Part shown: positions 39,113 to 40,986 of the stretch, piece by piece
Position numbering within the stretch: position 1 is the stretch's first letter
Layout: each line of letters opens with the position of its first letter
Assembly (NCBI GenBank): GCA_050010515.1
Contig: JBEKKX010000021.1
Location: forward strand, 1 to 40,986
Source of the DNA: Candidatus Bathyarchaeia archaeon
Lineage (GTDB): Archaea; Thermoproteota; Bathyarchaeia; Bathyarchaeales; Bathycorpusculaceae
Reading direction: 5' to 3'
DNA length: 40,986 nucleotides
Position numbers and translations under genes: made by a program
Notes under the pieces: generated by a model
What the model saw: only the letters and a program-made list of their open reading frames with translations
What the model was told of the DNA's origin: nothing
The model's database searches: none

Positions 39113-39203
39113 AACATTTCTCTTATTTGATTCTTACCACTATATTGCTTTAGGTAAATAAAATTTCTATTACTTCGACCATTCAGGGATTGGAAACTTA
39201 GAG

Positions 39204-39236
39204 ATAAGTCTTAAATCTGCATAGCATAGAAATAGC
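39204..39236 (+). repeat. 33-bp cassette-boundary repeat, copy 3
   Basis: ATAAGTCTTAAATCTGCATAGCATAGAAATAGC. Confidence 0.87.
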
Positions 39237-39348
39237 TTATTTGGTGTATTGCATGCCCCAAAAAAAGACGCCTGTCAAACAACGACTCTTTTGGTTTTGG
39301 AGATTGCTCTCATCGTCATAATAGGAATATCTGCTTGGAGGCTATGCT

Positions 39349-40113
39349 GTGGAAATCATTCCTGTAACTAACGAAAGTGAACGGATGTTCTGGAGCTATG
39401 TGAACCGCGACCCGCTAAATTATTTTTTCTTCATAATTGATTGGACTAAACGTCGAGAACGGACAAAGATATGGTTGGCAATTGAAGGAAAGGAAGTCTT
39501 TGGTTCGCTGTTGGTTTTTGCTGATTTCGTTGTTCAGCTCAGAGGTAACCGTGAAGCAGTACAGAAGCTGGTTGAGTGCGTCGAGTTTGACAAGGTGGAG
39601 TTACAAGCACCGCTTGACTGCGAAGATATTGTTTGTAAAAAGGTTAAGCCTCGTGTTAGAGAGAATATGATGTTGATGCGCTTGAATCGGGGACAGGAAC
39701 ACGTTCAAGCTGTTGAAACTCCCATTCGACTAAATGTTGAAGATGCTGAGGAAGTTGCTTCTCTGTTGAGACGATGCGACCCTGAATGGTGGTATGAAAA
39801 TATGTCGGAGCGGTTAAAGCAAGGGTGGCAAAACACGTACTGGCTGGGCATAATACATGAAAAGAAGTTAGTTTCGGTCGGTAACACTAGTTTCGACGTG
39901 GATTTTGCGGCTAACATCGGCGTTGTAGCCACTGATGAAAATTACAGAGACAGAAGTTACGCAACTTCAATCGTGTCTGCACTTGTCCAAGAAATTTTTC
40001 AGAGGTCGCCAGTTGCGTTAATTCATGTTATAGCTGACAATGATCCAGCGGTCAGAGCATATACAAATGTCGGCTTCAAACCCTATAAAACATACCTGTC
40101 AATCAGAAGCTAA
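39349..40113 (+). CDS. GNAT family N-acetyltransferase (FR47-like C-terminal domain)
   Basis: IGVVATDENYRDRSYA motif A; NDPAVRAYTNVGF motif B. Confidence 0.87.
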   Translation: MEIIPVTNESERMFWSYVNRDPLNYFFFIIDWTKRRERTKIWLAIEGKEVFGSLLVFADFVVQLRGNREAVQKLVECVEFDKVELQAPLDCEDIVCKKVKPRVRENMMLMRLNRGQEHVQAVETPIRLNVEDAEEVASLLRRCDPEWWYENMSERLKQGWQNTYWLGIIHEKKLVSVGNTSFDVDFAANIGVVATDENYRDRSYATSIVSALVQEIFQRSPVALIHVIADNDPAVRAYTNVGFKPYKTYLSIRS

Positions 40114-40227
40114 GGGGCAAGCGAAAAATTAGGCTAATATTCCTATTCTTGGATTCCAATCTTTCTGTTCATTTCTCAGGTACTTAGCGAATAAAAGAGC
40201 TTCTTCATTAATCAAAGTCTCAAAAGT

Positions 40228-40286
40228 CTGTTTTTTGATGTAGAAAAAAAAGCACTAAAGAAGAAAAAACAAGAGCTAAATAACAC
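40228..40286 (+). repeat. Partial third copy (distal end) of the ~230-bp repeat
   Basis: CTGTTTTTTGATGTAGA...GAAAAAACAAGAGCTAAATA matches 37768-37825. Confidence 0.75.
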
Positions 40287-40310
40287 CCAAAAGAAAATAC
40301 TATTGGTGAT

Positions 40311-40592
40311 TTGGTGAGTGAATTTAGCTACTATAAGGGATTGTACAAGGTTAAGGTTTTAACTAAAAGTGAAGGCTACTGGATTGTTGAGGCGTTGGAG
40401 GACTTTGAGGATTGTTCCGAAGGCGAGGAAATCACGGTTAAAAAGGGCGAACAGCGCATTGTACCGCCAGACACTTTGTTTGAGCAAAAAACGTTACCGC
40501 CCATGGTTAAAGAGCACCAATATGAACTGAACATGGAGAAGAAGCTTAAACGAATGATTGCTGAGGATGAAGCTGAAAAGAATAGAGAATAG
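40311..40592 (+). CDS. Hypothetical protein
   Basis: 93-aa ORF with GGTGA RBS and an upstream TATA-like element. Confidence 0.7.
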   Translation: MVSEFSYYKGLYKVKVLTKSEGYWIVEALEDFEDCSEGEEITVKKGEQRIVPPDTLFEQKTLPPMVKEHQYELNMEKKLKRMIAEDEAEKNRE

Positions 40593-40709
40593 AGCAAGTC
40601 ATTGGTTTTATAAAAAAGAAATTTTTTTGAAAATTAATTATTAATCAGTAAAATACTTGAAGATTTTGATTTTGAAGAATAAGAAATGGCTAATGACATG
40701 CAAATGAAT

Positions 40710-40882
40710 TTAGGTTTCAGTATCTCGATTTTTTAGTTTAGTATTTATAATGCTTAGTAGTTTGTCAGGATTAACTGGTTTTCCAACAAAAACATCTGCT
40801 GCACCTTCAATGCTATTTTGTAAACCTATTTCGCCAGTAAGCATTATCGTCAATGTTTTAGGGGATGAATTTTTTATTAAAG
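40710..40882 (-). pseudogene. C-terminal half of a response-regulator receiver domain, interrupted by an IS
   Basis: Hand translation LIKNSSPKTLTIMLTGEIGLQNSIEGAADVFVGKPVNPDKLLSII (IMLTG and KP receiver motifs). Confidence 0.78.
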
Positions 40883-40986
40883 TGTTCTATCTAGAAATAG
40901 CCTTACACTTTCTCTTTGAGGTATATTTCCGCTGGAGTTAAATAGTCTATTCCTTCATGAGGCCTTACGTAATTGTAGTAGCGTAT
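40883..40986 (-). mobile_element. Right end of an IS481-like element (transposase C-terminus plus terminal repeat), running off the window
   Basis: 40903-40986 translates IRYYNYVRPHEGIDYLTPAEIYLKEKV* (integrase-core tail); the element end reads 5'-TGT at 40883. Confidence 0.78.

Noticed and set aside
38257-39236. 33-bp repeats as a CRISPR array or integron attC sites
   Set aside because: Spacers are about 185 and 700 bp and gene-containing; no cas or intI genes; no RYYYAAC/GTTRRRY cores or long palindrome
40750-40941. 63-aa plus-strand ORF
   Set aside because: Antisense shadow of the receiver and transposase fragments

Overview
Archaeal chromosomal window. The gene families, TATA/BRE-type promoters and tRNAs suggest Bathyarchaeia (inference). 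It holds about 30 protein genes for envelope, proteolysis and regulation: two HtrA proteases each near a paralogous ArsR-like wHTH gene, a MacB-type ABC exporter, GT87 and GT2 glycosyltransferases, JAMM, BlaI plus an M48/M56 peptidase, glucan phosphorylase plus a PAS-only protein, two PadR regulators, a kinase plus MBL hydrolase, and a GNAT. It also has tRNA-Ser(TGA) and tRNA-Val(GAC). Non-coding and mobile features: (1) a box C/D guide sRNA predicted to direct Gm2251 of 23S rRNA, which appears to be the attachment site of a decayed tyrosine-integrase element; (2) an 8-kb island bounded by tRNA-Val and a partial tRNA-Val copy carrying a 34-nt double mini-hairpin insert; (3) a GCTACTA-N7-TAGTAGC operator at three promoters; (4) a ~230-bp dispersed repeat with 11-bp phased subrepeats; (5) a C/A-rich short-period tract followed by three ~33-bp repeats separating small cassette-like ORFs; (6) an IS481-like element interrupting a response regulator at the right edge. 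All calls are by eye; no database searches were run.
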